DNA of 64,000 nucleotides from a virus. Numbering within the stretch: position 1 is the stretch's first letter; each line of letters starts with the position of its first letter. The position numbers were made by a program, and so were the translations under genes. Below, one piece after another: positions 20,792 to 30,249 of this stretch. Where the stretch lies: positions 47,352 through 111,351 of the IMG/VR virus record IMGVR_UViG_3300029249_000109. The stretch is one strand, 5' to 3'. The notes beneath the pieces were generated by a model that saw only the letters and a program-made list of their open reading frames with translations, had not been told where the DNA came from and did no database searches.

Positions 20792-21192
20792 TTGTCAGCG
20801 AAATCTATGAAACCATGGCTGGCGACCTCTATGGTGTAGTTCTGAATGAAGACATCAAAATCATTCGGATTGTCAAAATCAACGATCGCGAACTTACCCC
20901 TGACTTTTTCCGGCGAGCAAGAATGGGGTTCCTTACCGAGCATTCGTATGACCAGCTGCCCAAGGAAAAGATGTGGCGGTATATTGAATCGAACTGCCGT
21001 CTGGTGGCAACCATCACAAACTGTCACGGCTTCATTGTACATGGCGATCACGATATGACACGCAGCAGTCGTAAGATGTTCGGCAAGAGAGCTCGAATGA
21101 ATTACGATCGCAGATACAATGGAGGTGCTAATTATGGCGGAACAATTCACAGTCGAGCCAACTACTGCCACAAAGCAAACCAGTTCGCCTAA
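20788..21192 (+). CDS. Hypothetical protein
   Basis: ORF with a 4-nt overlap. Confidence 0.5.
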   Translation: MIVSEIYETMAGDLYGVVLNEDIKIIRIVKINDRELTPDFFRRARMGFLTEHSYDQLPKEKMWRYIESNCRLVATITNCHGFIVHGDHDMTRSSRKMFGKRARMNYDRRYNGGANYGGTIHSRANYCHKANQFA

Positions 21193-21394
21193 AGCAATCG
21201 CAGTGTGTCCCATGTCGAATTTCGGAGGTTATGAAATCTACGAATGTGACGATGAGCGCGTTCATGTAGGTATCAACAACGGCGATACGATCGAGGACTG
21301 TGGGACACGCCAAGTCAAATATACGTTAAGCGGGCGTCCGTACTTCAATCTGGGCGGACAGCGCCACTATATCGACGATTTCATCAGAATCTAA
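21137..21394 (+). CDS. Hypothetical protein
   Basis: Start moved to MAEQF, which follows ggaggtgctaatt. Confidence 0.45.
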   Translation, partial: AEQFTVEPTTATKQTSSPKAIAVCPMSNFGGYEIYECDDERVHVGINNGDTIEDCGTRQVKYTLSGRPYFNLGGQRHYIDDFIRI

Positions 21395-21406
21395 GGAGAG
21401 CAGAAA

Positions 21407-21685
21407 ATGCTTGAATGGCAAGAGCTTTGTAGCCGCGCCATCTGGGTCACGGTTGGAATCTTTGTTGTTCCATATGCTGGGCTTCAGATTTGTCGTGGGT
21501 TTTACTACCTAGATGAGTTCCCGCGATTCAATCGAATTTGTCGGGGCTTGTATCATGCGTGGAAAAATCTGGTAAACGGCATCGTAGGTGTCTATCTGGA
21601 TTGTCCGTGCGAATTCGTTTTGTATAGCACAGCGGTGATTGTGATTATCGCTGTTGCGATAAATAACATGGTGGCACCCATTTAA
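21407..21685 (+). CDS. Membrane protein (two TM helices)
   Basis: Hydrophobic segments; RBS aaggagagcagaaa. Confidence 0.5.
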   Translation: MLEWQELCSRAIWVTVGIFVVPYAGLQICRGFYYLDEFPRFNRICRGLYHAWKNLVNGIVGVYLDCPCEFVLYSTAVIVIIAVAINNMVAPI

Positions 21686-21732
21686 GGGCGCCGCTATAAA
21701 AACAATTCAATCAAAAGAGAGAGGTAACAAAA

Positions 21733-22164
21733 ATGCTATTCTTCCGTACCAAAATTTCCGCCAACAATGAGATGATGTACCGCAAGGGTAGGAAAAAGAA
21801 TGAGGAGGGTTGGAGCTACTATGTTGCAGACGAGCTCTTCACCGAAAGAGAAGTTCAAGACATGAACCTGAATATGGATTATCTCGAGCCCGTTGAGATT
21901 TCCCGGCGACAGACCCATTATCAGGGCTGCTATCGTGTGGCGAATTTTGATGCCAATATTTCTCCCGTAAAATACCCGCAGAAGCATGCCGAGCCGACGC
22001 TGAGCCCGCAGGCAAAGGCCGAAATCAAAAAGCGTTTGAGCAACCGTTCTCTATATAAGCCCCATAAGAAGTTGCGTCCTACTAGCCGTCCGACTATTTG
22101 GGTTGCTCGTTACAGGACGGATGAGAAAAAATCCGCTAAGGCCATCAGTGCGGCGAATAAGTAA
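21733..22164 (+). CDS. Hypothetical basic protein
   Basis: RBS agagaggtaacaaaa. Confidence 0.5.
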   Translation: MLFFRTKISANNEMMYRKGRKKNEEGWSYYVADELFTEREVQDMNLNMDYLEPVEISRRQTHYQGCYRVANFDANISPVKYPQKHAEPTLSPQAKAEIKKRLSNRSLYKPHKKLRPTSRPTIWVARYRTDEKKSAKAISAANK

Positions 22165-22781
22165 AGTGATTTCCAGAAATCTCCTATATACATAACAAAG
22201 TCGCGGATGATATCATAACAAAAAGTATTCGCAGAGGGAACTCCGGTAGTACAACAGCTGTGCTGCCGGGGTTTAATGCGGCTGCGGGTTCTGCAGAGCC
22301 TGTACTGGTCCCAAGCCCAGAACGCGAGCAGCGTAAACAGAAGGGCGCTCCACCGCTCTAGTGAAATTTGATTTGATTTTGAAGCAAAGGCCACGCGGAT
22401 AAATCAATGATAAAAGTAAACTAGAGGGTGTTACTTGAAGTGAGCGAAACTAAACGAAAGGAGGGTTTATAGCTTGAATTGTAAAATCAGTTACCGCTCG
22501 CTAGGAGTGGTCTTTGGTGCAGGAGTCGCGTCTTGCTCCACTGAGCGAAATTTCATGGGATGGCGATACAAGCTGTTCTGACACGCAGCGGCTGAAATTT
22601 TTCAAATTAAATAGAATTAACGCTGTAAGTGATCGTTGCATCCGAATAAGCGCACACATACATACGAGATCGACGGGAGTCGCAACTAGGCATAATCGAC
22701 CCGTAAGTCTCTTATAGAGCTGGGTGGTTCCCGAACGGACAAGTTGACCGTATGTTAAGGAGTTTTCAGAAACCGGGCGAC

Positions 22782-22809
22782 TGGTGGTACCGGGGCAGAC
22801 GTAACCACA
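22782..22809 (+). ncRNA. Conserved hairpin element (motif family 2): short covarying stem around the loop GGUACCGGGGCAGACGUAACC
   Basis: Near-identical loop at 51855-51879. The flanking stems differ (tggt/acca here, gcggt/accgc there), i.e. they covary. Confidence 0.35.
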
Positions 22810-22861
22810 TCCAATATATGAGTAGTAAATGTAATAAAACGAATAGGGGAAAGTTGTAACA

Positions 22862-23131
22862 ATGATGGTACATATTTTGGATAATTCCTATTCCAAGCGA
22901 ACCAAAGGTCAACCGTGGGTGATGTTCAATCGTTACAATGGGGATGTTTATAGCAGTCGCAAGCGTGCAATGAAGATGCTGAGTGAGATGGCAAAATCGG
23001 TGAGTGCAGACCCGGAGTGCTATGACGTTGAATTTGATGCTGATGGCCGCAATCTTCATTATCGTTGGAAGAATTTGGACGGCGATGAGTTCGAACGCTA
23101 TATTCAGATCGAATCAAGAGAAGTGAAGTGA
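22862..23131 (+). CDS. Hypothetical protein
   Basis: ORF only. Confidence 0.5.
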   Translation: MMVHILDNSYSKRTKGQPWVMFNRYNGDVYSSRKRAMKMLSEMAKSVSADPECYDVEFDADGRNLHYRWKNLDGDEFERYIQIESREVK

Positions 23132-23142
23132 GGGCCCGCAGT

Positions 23143-23337
23143 ATGAGTGATTATGCAGACGCTGGCTATCGACTCCAGCATTACAAGATTACATTTCATG
23201 GAGAACTTGAAGGTAATTGGCTGAATTTTAAAACATATCACCGTGCATTCGCCAGCTACGATTGTGCACGAAAGTGGGCGGCTAATGTGTTATATCGAAA
23301 TCGCAAATATCGCGGCGTTAAGATCGAGATGGAATGA
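23143..23337 (+). CDS. Hypothetical protein
   Basis: Start moved to the first ATG (MSDYADAG). Confidence 0.45.
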   Translation: MSDYADAGYRLQHYKITFHGELEGNWLNFKTYHRAFASYDCARKWAANVLYRNRKYRGVKIEME

Positions 23338-23352
23338 AAGGAGCACACTACT

Positions 23353-23634
23353 ATGAATGTACCCGTATATATCGTTGAAGATTCTTATCGTAAGCAGAAC
23401 GATAACTTATCTTGGGACGAATACGCTCATGCTATTAAGTCTGTACATAAGAACCGCGAAGATGCACTAAAGGTTCTCCGCGATATTTATAACATTGTAA
23501 TTCATGATCACGGCATTTATGATGCAAAGCTCGATGAAAATGCATATAGTCCGTATGTGTCTTATTGCTGGAAAAACGCAGAAGGTATTCAGTATGAATC
23601 TTTTGTAGAGATTATCACTCGCGACCTGATTTGA
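23353..23634 (+). CDS. Hypothetical protein
   Basis: RBS aaaggagcacactact. Confidence 0.5.
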   Translation: MNVPVYIVEDSYRKQNDNLSWDEYAHAIKSVHKNREDALKVLRDIYNIVIHDHGIYDAKLDENAYSPYVSYCWKNAEGIQYESFVEIITRDLI

Positions 23635-23649
23635 AAGGAGCTACGCAGT

Positions 23650-23986
23650 ATGGTTCTCAATATGACTGAACTTTCTATTGCCCCAGTGGTCCAACGCTCA
23701 GCTCGATGCAGCTCGCAAGTTGTGTACGGATGGCGTTCTTCATGATGGGCCATTGCCTACAATTTTCCCTACGGACGCATCTGTCAAAGTAAGACATATG
23801 GCATGGCAGATGGCCGAACAAATTGAGAAGTTGAAGCCGGAAGCAATCATCATCCAGGGTGAACCTGTTTTCGTGGCCACCTTCGTAAACAACTATCGTG
23901 ACTTGCAGTGTTGCTCTCCTGATTACGCTGAGTGTTACTCTCCTTGCTATGATGACGGTAAGTTCGTGCAGTTCAGGAGGTTTTAA
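23650..23986 (+). pseudogene. Gene whose RBS-proximal ATG (23650) is in a different frame from the long downstream ORF (23678..23986); the frames meet at a CCCC run
   Basis: gaaaggagctacgcagtATG opens a 31-codon frame. The 102-aa ORF begins about 28 nt downstream in the +1 frame with only TTG/CTG starts. The frames meet at attgCCCCagtgg, so either a homopolymer indel or a programmed frameshift. Confidence 0.35.
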
Positions 23987-24014
23987 CCCGGCGGGCTTGC
24001 GCAGAAAGGAGGAC

Positions 24015-24335
24015 ATGAATATGATGATTTATTTGGTCGTTGAAACATTTCGAACAGAATGTAAAGGTTTTATTTGGCATACTGAATACACTCATACCGT
24101 GAAATCGTTTGCCAATAGAGAAGATGCTTGCAATTTTATTTATAATAATTATCGAAAAATTCGTGAGAAAAAGAATGTTCGATCCGCTGAATTTTCTGAT
24201 TGTAAATACGGCGCACATTCCGAATATCTCTTTGAAGATGAAGTTCATAAAACGAGGCATCGTGTATTTCATACGCTTCAGCCGATTGAATTAGAACAAA
24301 AGGAGGTTTCGCTGAATGTATTGGAAGCTTGGTAA
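24015..24335 (+). CDS. Hypothetical protein
   Basis: Start moved to MNMMIYL, which follows gaaaggaggac. Confidence 0.5.
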   Translation: MNMMIYLVVETFRTECKGFIWHTEYTHTVKSFANREDACNFIYNNYRKIREKKNVRSAEFSDCKYGAHSEYLFEDEVHKTRHRVFHTLQPIELEQKEVSLNVLEAW

Positions 24336-24579
24336 AGACTTACTCACCAGCGATACGATTCTTGATCCTGTCACGTTCGATGATCTGATTCTGGCTCTGA
24401 AATGCAATTGTAAGTGCATTACGAAGGGCGCAGTTATTGCTCAAGCGACGGCAATTATCAGTCAGCGGCTGGAAGATTGGAAGTATCTAATTGAAAACAA
24501 CATCGACGAAATCATTGCACTGGCAGCGGATGAACCCAATGAGGACGCTGGCCACGATGATATCACTCTCGAAGAGTAG
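24316..24579 (+). CDS. Hypothetical protein
   Basis: RBS aaaggaggtttcgctga. Confidence 0.5.
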   Translation: MYWKLGKDLLTSDTILDPVTFDDLILALKCNCKCITKGAVIAQATAIISQRLEDWKYLIENNIDEIIALAADEPNEDAGHDDITLEE

Positions 24580-24588
24580 GAGTAAGAT

Positions 24589-24861
24589 ATGTTTGTCTTG
24601 ACTGAAATTGTGGCCAATAATGTTTCTGCATACGTTGGCAATATCCATGTATCAAACAATGTGGAAGAGCTTCAGAAAATTATGAATGCCGATTTTGACC
24701 ACGATTTGAAAGAAGCAAATGATCTTTGGATGGATTGCGGATCTAATCTCAATGATAAGCCGCTGTCTATTTGTCACACATATTCTGCAAGAATCAAAAC
24801 GTTTAAAGAATTCAAAAGCTGGTCGATTATGAAAGTGCAAGGTGAGGTGAAGCAGTCGTGA
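24589..24861 (+). CDS. Hypothetical protein
   Basis: RBS agtaggagtaagat. Confidence 0.5.
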   Translation: MFVLTEIVANNVSAYVGNIHVSNNVEELQKIMNADFDHDLKEANDLWMDCGSNLNDKPLSICHTYSARIKTFKEFKSWSIMKVQGEVKQS

Positions 24862-25145
24862 GAAACTTATCTAAACAGAATCGCAAAAAGATCTTTGATC
24901 TGATCAAACGTGATTGCACATTTGTTGGTTCTTACGATTTGGAACATTCTGAAGAAACTGTTTTGACCTATCTCCCGAAGCCCGGCACACAGATTCACAA
25001 AGATGTTGAGGAAGTTCGTGTCGTAAAGAATCGTAAGACCGGGAACTGGGTCGAATCCGTTGTTGACATTCGGTGGAAGCACGGTATGACTTGTGCTGAA
25101 GCTGAACTAGTTGAGCGAAAATATCAGTGCAAATCTAACAAGTAA
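24858..25145 (+). CDS. Hypothetical protein (GTG start)
   Basis: ORF with a 4-nt overlap. Confidence 0.45.
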   Translation: MRNLSKQNRKKIFDLIKRDCTFVGSYDLEHSEETVLTYLPKPGTQIHKDVEEVRVVKNRKTGNWVESVVDIRWKHGMTCAEAELVERKYQCKSNK

Positions 25146-25158
25146 GGAGAGCGCAGCA

Positions 25159-25530
25159 ATGACACTTGAACAGGCATGCGGCATTGTTTGCAATACCGTT
25201 GACAAGCGAACAGGCAGAGAACTCGATCATCGTGAAATTTATGCTCGTTATATCGACTATCTGGGCGGTCTGGATAAGGTCAAACAGTACATTCCTATTT
25301 CACTGAAAGAGCTGCGGCGAGCCTACAAAAAGGACAAGCTGTTCAATAACACAGGACTTGGCTTGTGGCAGAATGCAGCTGGTTATACTGCTGGCGACCC
25401 GGTATGTTTCTTTGGCGGGATTTGGATGCTGTATAGACAAAACGATATTGATGTGGCGAGTTGTGCACAGGGTGTCTGCCTCCTGAAAGAGGCGGCAAGA
25501 CTCCTAATTGAAAGGGGAGATAAAGCATAA
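25159..25530 (+). CDS. Hypothetical protein
   Basis: Start at MTLEQ, which follows aagtaaggagagcgcagca. Confidence 0.5.
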   Translation: MTLEQACGIVCNTVDKRTGRELDHREIYARYIDYLGGLDKVKQYIPISLKELRRAYKKDKLFNNTGLGLWQNAAGYTAGDPVCFFGGIWMLYRQNDIDVASCAQGVCLLKEAARLLIERGDKA

Positions 25531-25808
25531 TGAAATCGATTCTGGTTACATATGACGTTGCTAAGTGGAACGGCGAAACAGGTCATTGGGAAGACGGCAA
25601 GGCTGGTGCTAGACTGAACTTCCTTGATGATTATATTGTTGGAGAACTTCTGGCGGCTCTGAGCGCAGGGGCAAAACAGAAGTATAAGCCGACTAGTTGG
25701 CATACGCTGCTCGATTTTCTGTCGAACTTGGAAGAACTTCGCGGACGGAGCTTTACGCCGGATTCAATCAAGACAATCGAAGTAATTTCTGAGGGAGGTC
25801 CCCGCTGA
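25530..25808 (+). CDS. Hypothetical protein
   Basis: ORF only. Confidence 0.5.
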   Translation: MKSILVTYDVAKWNGETGHWEDGKAGARLNFLDDYIVGELLAALSAGAKQKYKPTSWHTLLDFLSNLEELRGRSFTPDSIKTIEVISEGGPR

Positions 25809-26224
25809 TGAAAGTATCAATCGAAGAGAAGCGTGCCGAAGCCATCAAGCGAATGAAAGCGTTTGGATTCTTTTCTGATACGGTCAAACTGTTTGAGAAG
25901 AATGGTACACCGTTGTCCAGTGAACCGCCTTGGGGTGCATTTTACGCTCTGAACGATCAACAGAAAACAGCTGTCCACAAACTCGAAGAACAGTATGACT
26001 GCCTTGTGTACAGTGTGATCCGGTCATTCCATCAGGAGCTCGGCGTCATTGACAATCTGCTTTATGTCAGCGACGAGAAAGATGAATGGCCGTGGGATTG
26101 GGGCGACATTGAAAATATGTGTCCTTGTGTCTATGCTGTCAATTACAATACGCCAGAATTCAGCGAGTTTGGTTCAATCGGCGTGAAAATGGGTGTTGGA
26201 GCAGGGCTGATTCGCATTAGTTAA
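25808..26224 (+). CDS. Hypothetical protein
   Basis: ORF only. Confidence 0.5.
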   Translation: MKVSIEEKRAEAIKRMKAFGFFSDTVKLFEKNGTPLSSEPPWGAFYALNDQQKTAVHKLEEQYDCLVYSVIRSFHQELGVIDNLLYVSDEKDEWPWDWGDIENMCPCVYAVNYNTPEFSEFGSIGVKMGVGAGLIRIS

Positions 26225-26291
26225 ACATATTTAAGTGTTGCTTAATTCACCCCATACAGTTGTAAAATCTTCAAAAACTACGCCGATTCAC

Positions 26292-26320
26292 TTGACCGAA
26301 ACATCAAGTAGTTGTATAAT
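26292..26320 (+). promoter_or_regulatory. Near-consensus sigma-A/sigma-70 promoter
   Basis: TTGACC, 17-bp spacer, tgTATAAT (extended -10). Confidence 0.6.
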
Positions 26321-26696
26321 AGAGGCTGGAAAGCTATATATTTTGATCAGTTTGGGCGAATTGATCAATATGCAACGAAATGTATAATTATTCAATTATT
26401 CAATTCACAATTCAAAAAAAATCAGAAACGAAATCACGAACGGGTTTGGGCGAAGTCCAATCGCGAAGCGCCTCTGATTTGAAGCCGTGGCGAGCGATGA
26501 GCGAGTGGCGGCGAAAAGAATTTTGGAAAAAGAAAAGGATGTTTGATGTAGTGATGATGATGTGATAGTGATGGATGTGTAAGAGGATTATAGGAGTTAA
26601 AAGGATTGTTAAGGGAAAAAGAACCATCAGGGAGAACGAGAAGGAAGCGAAAGCGAAGAAGCAGCGGAGAAGAAAGCAGGGAAGGAGAAAACCTTT

Positions 26697-27056
26697 ATGA
26701 CCGATATGACCAAGTTTGAGTGCGGCCGATATGAATTCACCCTCGATAAGTTCGTCGGGCTTGTCCAACAGTACGATCAGTTTTCGATTCGGAGCGGTGA
26801 CGATTCGTCGTTCGCTCTGATTCGGGTTCCGACCAAGTGGGTTAAGATCGAGAAGGGCGCGGCGAATGAGGACTTTATCACTTGCCGAAACAAACGTAAG
26901 CGCGACGGCCATCTGTTCGAGATCAACGGCGACAAGGTGACTTTCGAGATCAAAAGCACTACTGGCGGCTTGGAGGGGTATCTTAAGTCGGATCTCGGTG
27001 GAGCTGTGTTTTATGTTTCGATGTGGTCGGATAAAGATGTCGCGGAACGCAGTTGA
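26697..27056 (+). CDS. Hypothetical protein
   Basis: RBS agggaaggagaaaaccttt; 119 aa. Confidence 0.5.
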   Translation: MTDMTKFECGRYEFTLDKFVGLVQQYDQFSIRSGDDSSFALIRVPTKWVKIEKGAANEDFITCRNKRKRDGHLFEINGDKVTFEIKSTTGGLEGYLKSDLGGAVFYVSMWSDKDVAERS

Positions 27057-27336
27057 TACCGGTACACGTCGCCAGAACGGCATAGACGGCGATATACGCT
27101 GTTTTGATGTGCTGTAATGGAATTTCATTACGAAGAACGGAAAAGCTGCTGTAGGGCTTCTTAGCCGCCTTAGAGGGCGTGCACACTGTAAGATTGACAT
27201 CGTGTATGTATCATATGTACGAAATGAGGTGATATTATGACCGCGTTCGATAACACATCTTAGGCGAATACACTCGTGACAAGTACCGCAAGACAGTTAT
27301 CGTAAGACATCGAGATGAATACGTATTTCAGTTACG

Positions 27337-27356
27337 GCTGCCGGATAACCGACAGT
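27337..27356 (+). ncRNA. Conserved hairpin element (motif family 1, copy A): GCUGCCGGAUAACCGACAGU
   Basis: Three copies in the window (also 39121 and 41000) share a CUG/CAG stem and the loop CCGGNUNACCGA. The closing pair is G.U here versus C-G in copy B, which fits RNA-level pairing on the plus strand. Confidence 0.35.
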
Positions 27357-27657
27357 TTCGAAAAGGTAGGATGAAAGGAGGGTAGAGGCGGACAGGCGTC
27401 AGGCGAGTGAGTCGAGGACCAAACGGCGTGGCCAGTGCCACGAAGCAGCGGAGATTAAGCGAACTCCGTATTCCCAGGGTCCAACTCACAAACTCGGGAC
27501 AGAAAGAGAAGTGTTTACCTGGCAAGGCAACCAAATAGGCAGGCACTAGTACCCGCCGATGCCCAGCCTCGACATCTTAAACGCCCCGTACGTAGATTAT
27601 AAAAACTTGGTAGTATATCTTTAGATCTCGATGATAGCAAAAAAGAAACAAAAAATA

Positions 27658-27736
27658 TTTACTTCTTCTGTTAATAATCACGATTGACATCTGCTCGTGG
27701 ATGTGCTAATCTAGTCGTGCAAACAGAAGAAGTAAA
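27658..27736 (+). promoter_or_regulatory. Promoter (TTGACA-17-TAATCT) bracketed by a perfect 15-bp inverted repeat of the recurring motif (TTTACTTCTTCTGTT ... AACAGAAGAAGTAAA)
   Basis: Arms at 27658-27672 and 27721-27736; -35 at 27684-27689; -10 at 27707-27712. Lies upstream of the antirepressor-like gene. Confidence 0.5.
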
Positions 27737-27752
27737 TGAGAAAGAGGAAAAA

Positions 27753-29153
27753 ATGAATGCTAAAGTAGAAAACACGTTGGTGCTGGCGGATACAAAAAAA
27801 TTCGGCACACTCGACATTCGGGTCTATGAGAATCCGGCGGTCGATCACACCAGAGTTCAGGATGATTTCTGGATGACACGTGAGCAGATCGGCTTGGCGT
27901 TGGAATATAAGAATCCTTCAATTTCGATTGGAACGATTCATAAGCGCAATGCCAAGCGTCTTGACCCGCTTTCAGGGTTAATCAATTTGATTACCCCTGG
28001 CGGAAAACAGCAAACCTACGTATATAATATGCGTGGCGTCATGGAAATCTGCCGTTACAGCACTCAGCCCAAAGCAGATGCCTTCATGGATTTCTGCTGG
28101 GATGTGATCGCCGCTCTGATGCGTGGTGAAACTGTATCACTGAAAGCCAATCAAGCTGAGCTCAAGCGGCAGGAGCGATTCGACCAGATGATTCAGACGC
28201 TGACGGAGATTCATTCCAAGATGGACGCTCTCGAAGCCGCCCGCCAGCAGGACCGCAACGCTCTCGACAATGTGCTGTTTGTCTGCAAGCAGCTGGAAAG
28301 AAAACTAAACGCAAATCAGCCGACGAAGCAGCCTGAGCAGACCACCACATCCACCACAAACGAAACCAACAAGGTTACATACAAAGGGCGTAGCGAATGG
28401 CGGACTGAGATTTATAAGCTCGGAAACTCTATCGCTCGCATGTCTGGCTCGACACTAAATGCGGTTCTGAAACAGGCTTATGATTATATCGGCCGCAACT
28501 ATGGCTGGTATTTCAAAGATGAGCGCCGGATGTATGTTGAGCGGGTTGGCTACAAAGGTGACATTAAGAACCTAAGCGGCCTGGATATCATCGAGGACAG
28601 CGAAACATGGAAGTCGATCTTTATGTCGATCATGAAGGATCGGTATGAGAACGAAAAGCATGACGCTGAGGCCCGAAAGGGGATTAAGTCGGCACTCACC
28701 AAGAAGCCGCCTATGATCCCTGCAGATATGATTCCTACTCGCCATAAATTTGAAGATTTCCCGCCTGTATTGTCTCCTGAAACTCCGGGCGGCGATGATA
28801 TCAAGGTTGTGGCAGAGGTTCAGGCGGTTGAAGTTGAAACACCGGCGGTCGAAGCTCCTGCGGTTAATGAGCCGAAAAAGGAGTCTCGTCGCTGCAATAC
28901 GAAAGTAAAAAGCATCACATTTCCAATTGTTGAGCCAATTGCCAAGAAACTAGGCGATAAGACGGTTGGATGTTGGATCACCTATGCAAAGATTTACGAC
29001 ACGATTGGCGTTGTCAAGATGGACCGAATGCGTAAAGCATATGTACGTTCTCACAATAAGCCGCCTAAGTGTACTCCTGATATCTTCCAATATTCTGACA
29101 AGAATATGAAAGTGTTTAAGGAGGCCGCAAAGATCGTGGCGGCATCAATCTAA
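27753..29153 (+). CDS. Phage antirepressor-like protein (Bro-N/ORF6N-type N-terminal domain)
   Basis: Start moved to MNAKVEN, which follows gagaaagaggaaaaa. N-terminus FGTLDIRVYENPAVDHTRVQDDFWMTREQIGLAL resembles Bro-N/KilA-N antirepressors. 466 aa. Confidence 0.55.
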   Translation: MNAKVENTLVLADTKKFGTLDIRVYENPAVDHTRVQDDFWMTREQIGLALEYKNPSISIGTIHKRNAKRLDPLSGLINLITPGGKQQTYVYNMRGVMEICRYSTQPKADAFMDFCWDVIAALMRGETVSLKANQAELKRQERFDQMIQTLTEIHSKMDALEAARQQDRNALDNVLFVCKQLERKLNANQPTKQPEQTTTSTTNETNKVTYKGRSEWRTEIYKLGNSIARMSGSTLNAVLKQAYDYIGRNYGWYFKDERRMYVERVGYKGDIKNLSGLDIIEDSETWKSIFMSIMKDRYENEKHDAEARKGIKSALTKKPPMIPADMIPTRHKFEDFPPVLSPETPGGDDIKVVAEVQAVEVETPAVEAPAVNEPKKESRRCNTKVKSITFPIVEPIAKKLGDKTVGCWITYAKIYDTIGVVKMDRMRKAYVRSHNKPPKCTPDIFQYSDKNMKVFKEAAKIVAASI

Positions 29154-29821
29154 GCTATCTACTTCCTCCATGGCCCTTGGGGCTGACAGCCGGGAAAGAC
29201 CGGCATATAACCAGGTGTGGCGAAGTTGGTATCGCGCTAGTTTTGGGAACTAGAGACCGTGGGATCGTGCCCCACCACTTGGACCATAGCACAAGGCTTT
29301 CCTTTCTCCTTGTGCAAAATTAAACGACTTGTCCTTCTCTTTTTTGCTGTGTGTTGGTTGACAATCTTTTGGACTAAGTTGCGTGGCTGAAAATGCCTGG
29401 CAGGTACGATAACCCTGCTTTTATATGGAGCCGATGGTCGTACAACAGTTCGATTCTGTTGGGTTCCAGCTAGGTTCGATGCGACAGCGTAGTGTAGTGC
29501 GAGGTCGCTGGGTGGCGCAATTCCACCGTGGATGCAATGCATTCATAACGCTCTGACCGAAAATAATAACCATGATGCAACGGGAGTAGCTACCTGCCAT
29601 AGTGAATGTGCATGGCTCTGTTATGAGTAGGCGAATATGGCACTGCCTGCGTAAGTGGCATAGATGCTCGGTGCCCAGAGTATCGGAGAGAGTATTTAAA
29701 AGGGCAGTCTTTGAGGATGGACACCAAAGGTCGTGAGGCATTAGCCGCTTTGGTTGTATCCACTGATGCTGTAAGTTGCATTTCGCAAAGTTCGTAAGTC
29801 GAATGCAATGCACTCAGCTGG

Positions 29822-29850
29822 TGTCGTTACATGGTTAAATCCTCCTCTCT
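29822..29850 (+). repeat. 29-bp direct repeat (copy 1) immediately 5' of an atypical tRNA
   Basis: tgtcgttacatggttaaatcctcctctct; the second copy at 30221-30249 differs by one base. Confidence 0.6.
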
Positions 29851-29942
29851 GGGACGTTAGCTTAGTTGGTTAAAGCTCCTGGCTCATAACCGGGTAATGA
29901 GGATAACACCTCACGGGGGTTCGAATCCCTCACGTCCCACCA
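29851..29942 (+). tRNA. tRNA with anticodon CAU (Met/Ile2-type) carrying an unusually long variable arm (about 20 nt)
   Basis: Manual fold: acceptor gggacgt/acgtccc, A73, encoded CCA, D-arm tagcttagttggttaaagc (elongator Met-like), anticodon stem cctgg/ccggg with loop ctCATaa, variable hairpin tgagg-ataaca-cctca, T-loop ttcgaat. Confidence 0.55.
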
Positions 29943-30220
29943 TTGTATAAAAATACACAAAAAATGAATAAAGAGGTGAAAACAATGAAACGATATCTTG
30001 TAGGCGTATTTACAAGTCAGTCGTATTTTAAATGGATTGATGCCCGAAGATGAGGCTAAAAACTCGCTGAGGATGCCTGGGAAAACAACAATATGAATCA
30101 TGGATGCGACGAAGAAATTTCCGAAATCTACGTTGTGGAAGACGAAGATGAGTAAAGGAGTAACCTATGAAGGAACATATTTGCGCGGTATGAGTTCGTC
30201 AGCCGTTTGCTCCTTGCCAA

Positions 30221-30249
30221 TGTCGTTACATGGTTAAATTCTCCTCTCT
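30221..30249 (+). repeat. 29-bp direct repeat (copy 2) immediately 5' of an atypical tRNA
   Basis: tgtcgttacatggttaaattctcctctct. Confidence 0.6.

Noticed and set aside
29824-29850. Minus-strand SD-ATG-TAA start-stop mini-ORF inside the 29-bp repeat (agagaggaggatttaaccATGTAAcgac)
   Set aside because: It is on the strand opposite to the tRNAs and nothing downstream on that strand is coding. It is likely a coincidental by-product of the plus-strand ctcctctct tract, though both copies preserve it.
29822-30249. Direct repeats preceding the two atypical tRNAs as a possible CRISPR array
   Set aside because: Only two copies, about 400 bp apart. Each abuts a tRNA 5' end. There are no regular spacers and no cas genes.
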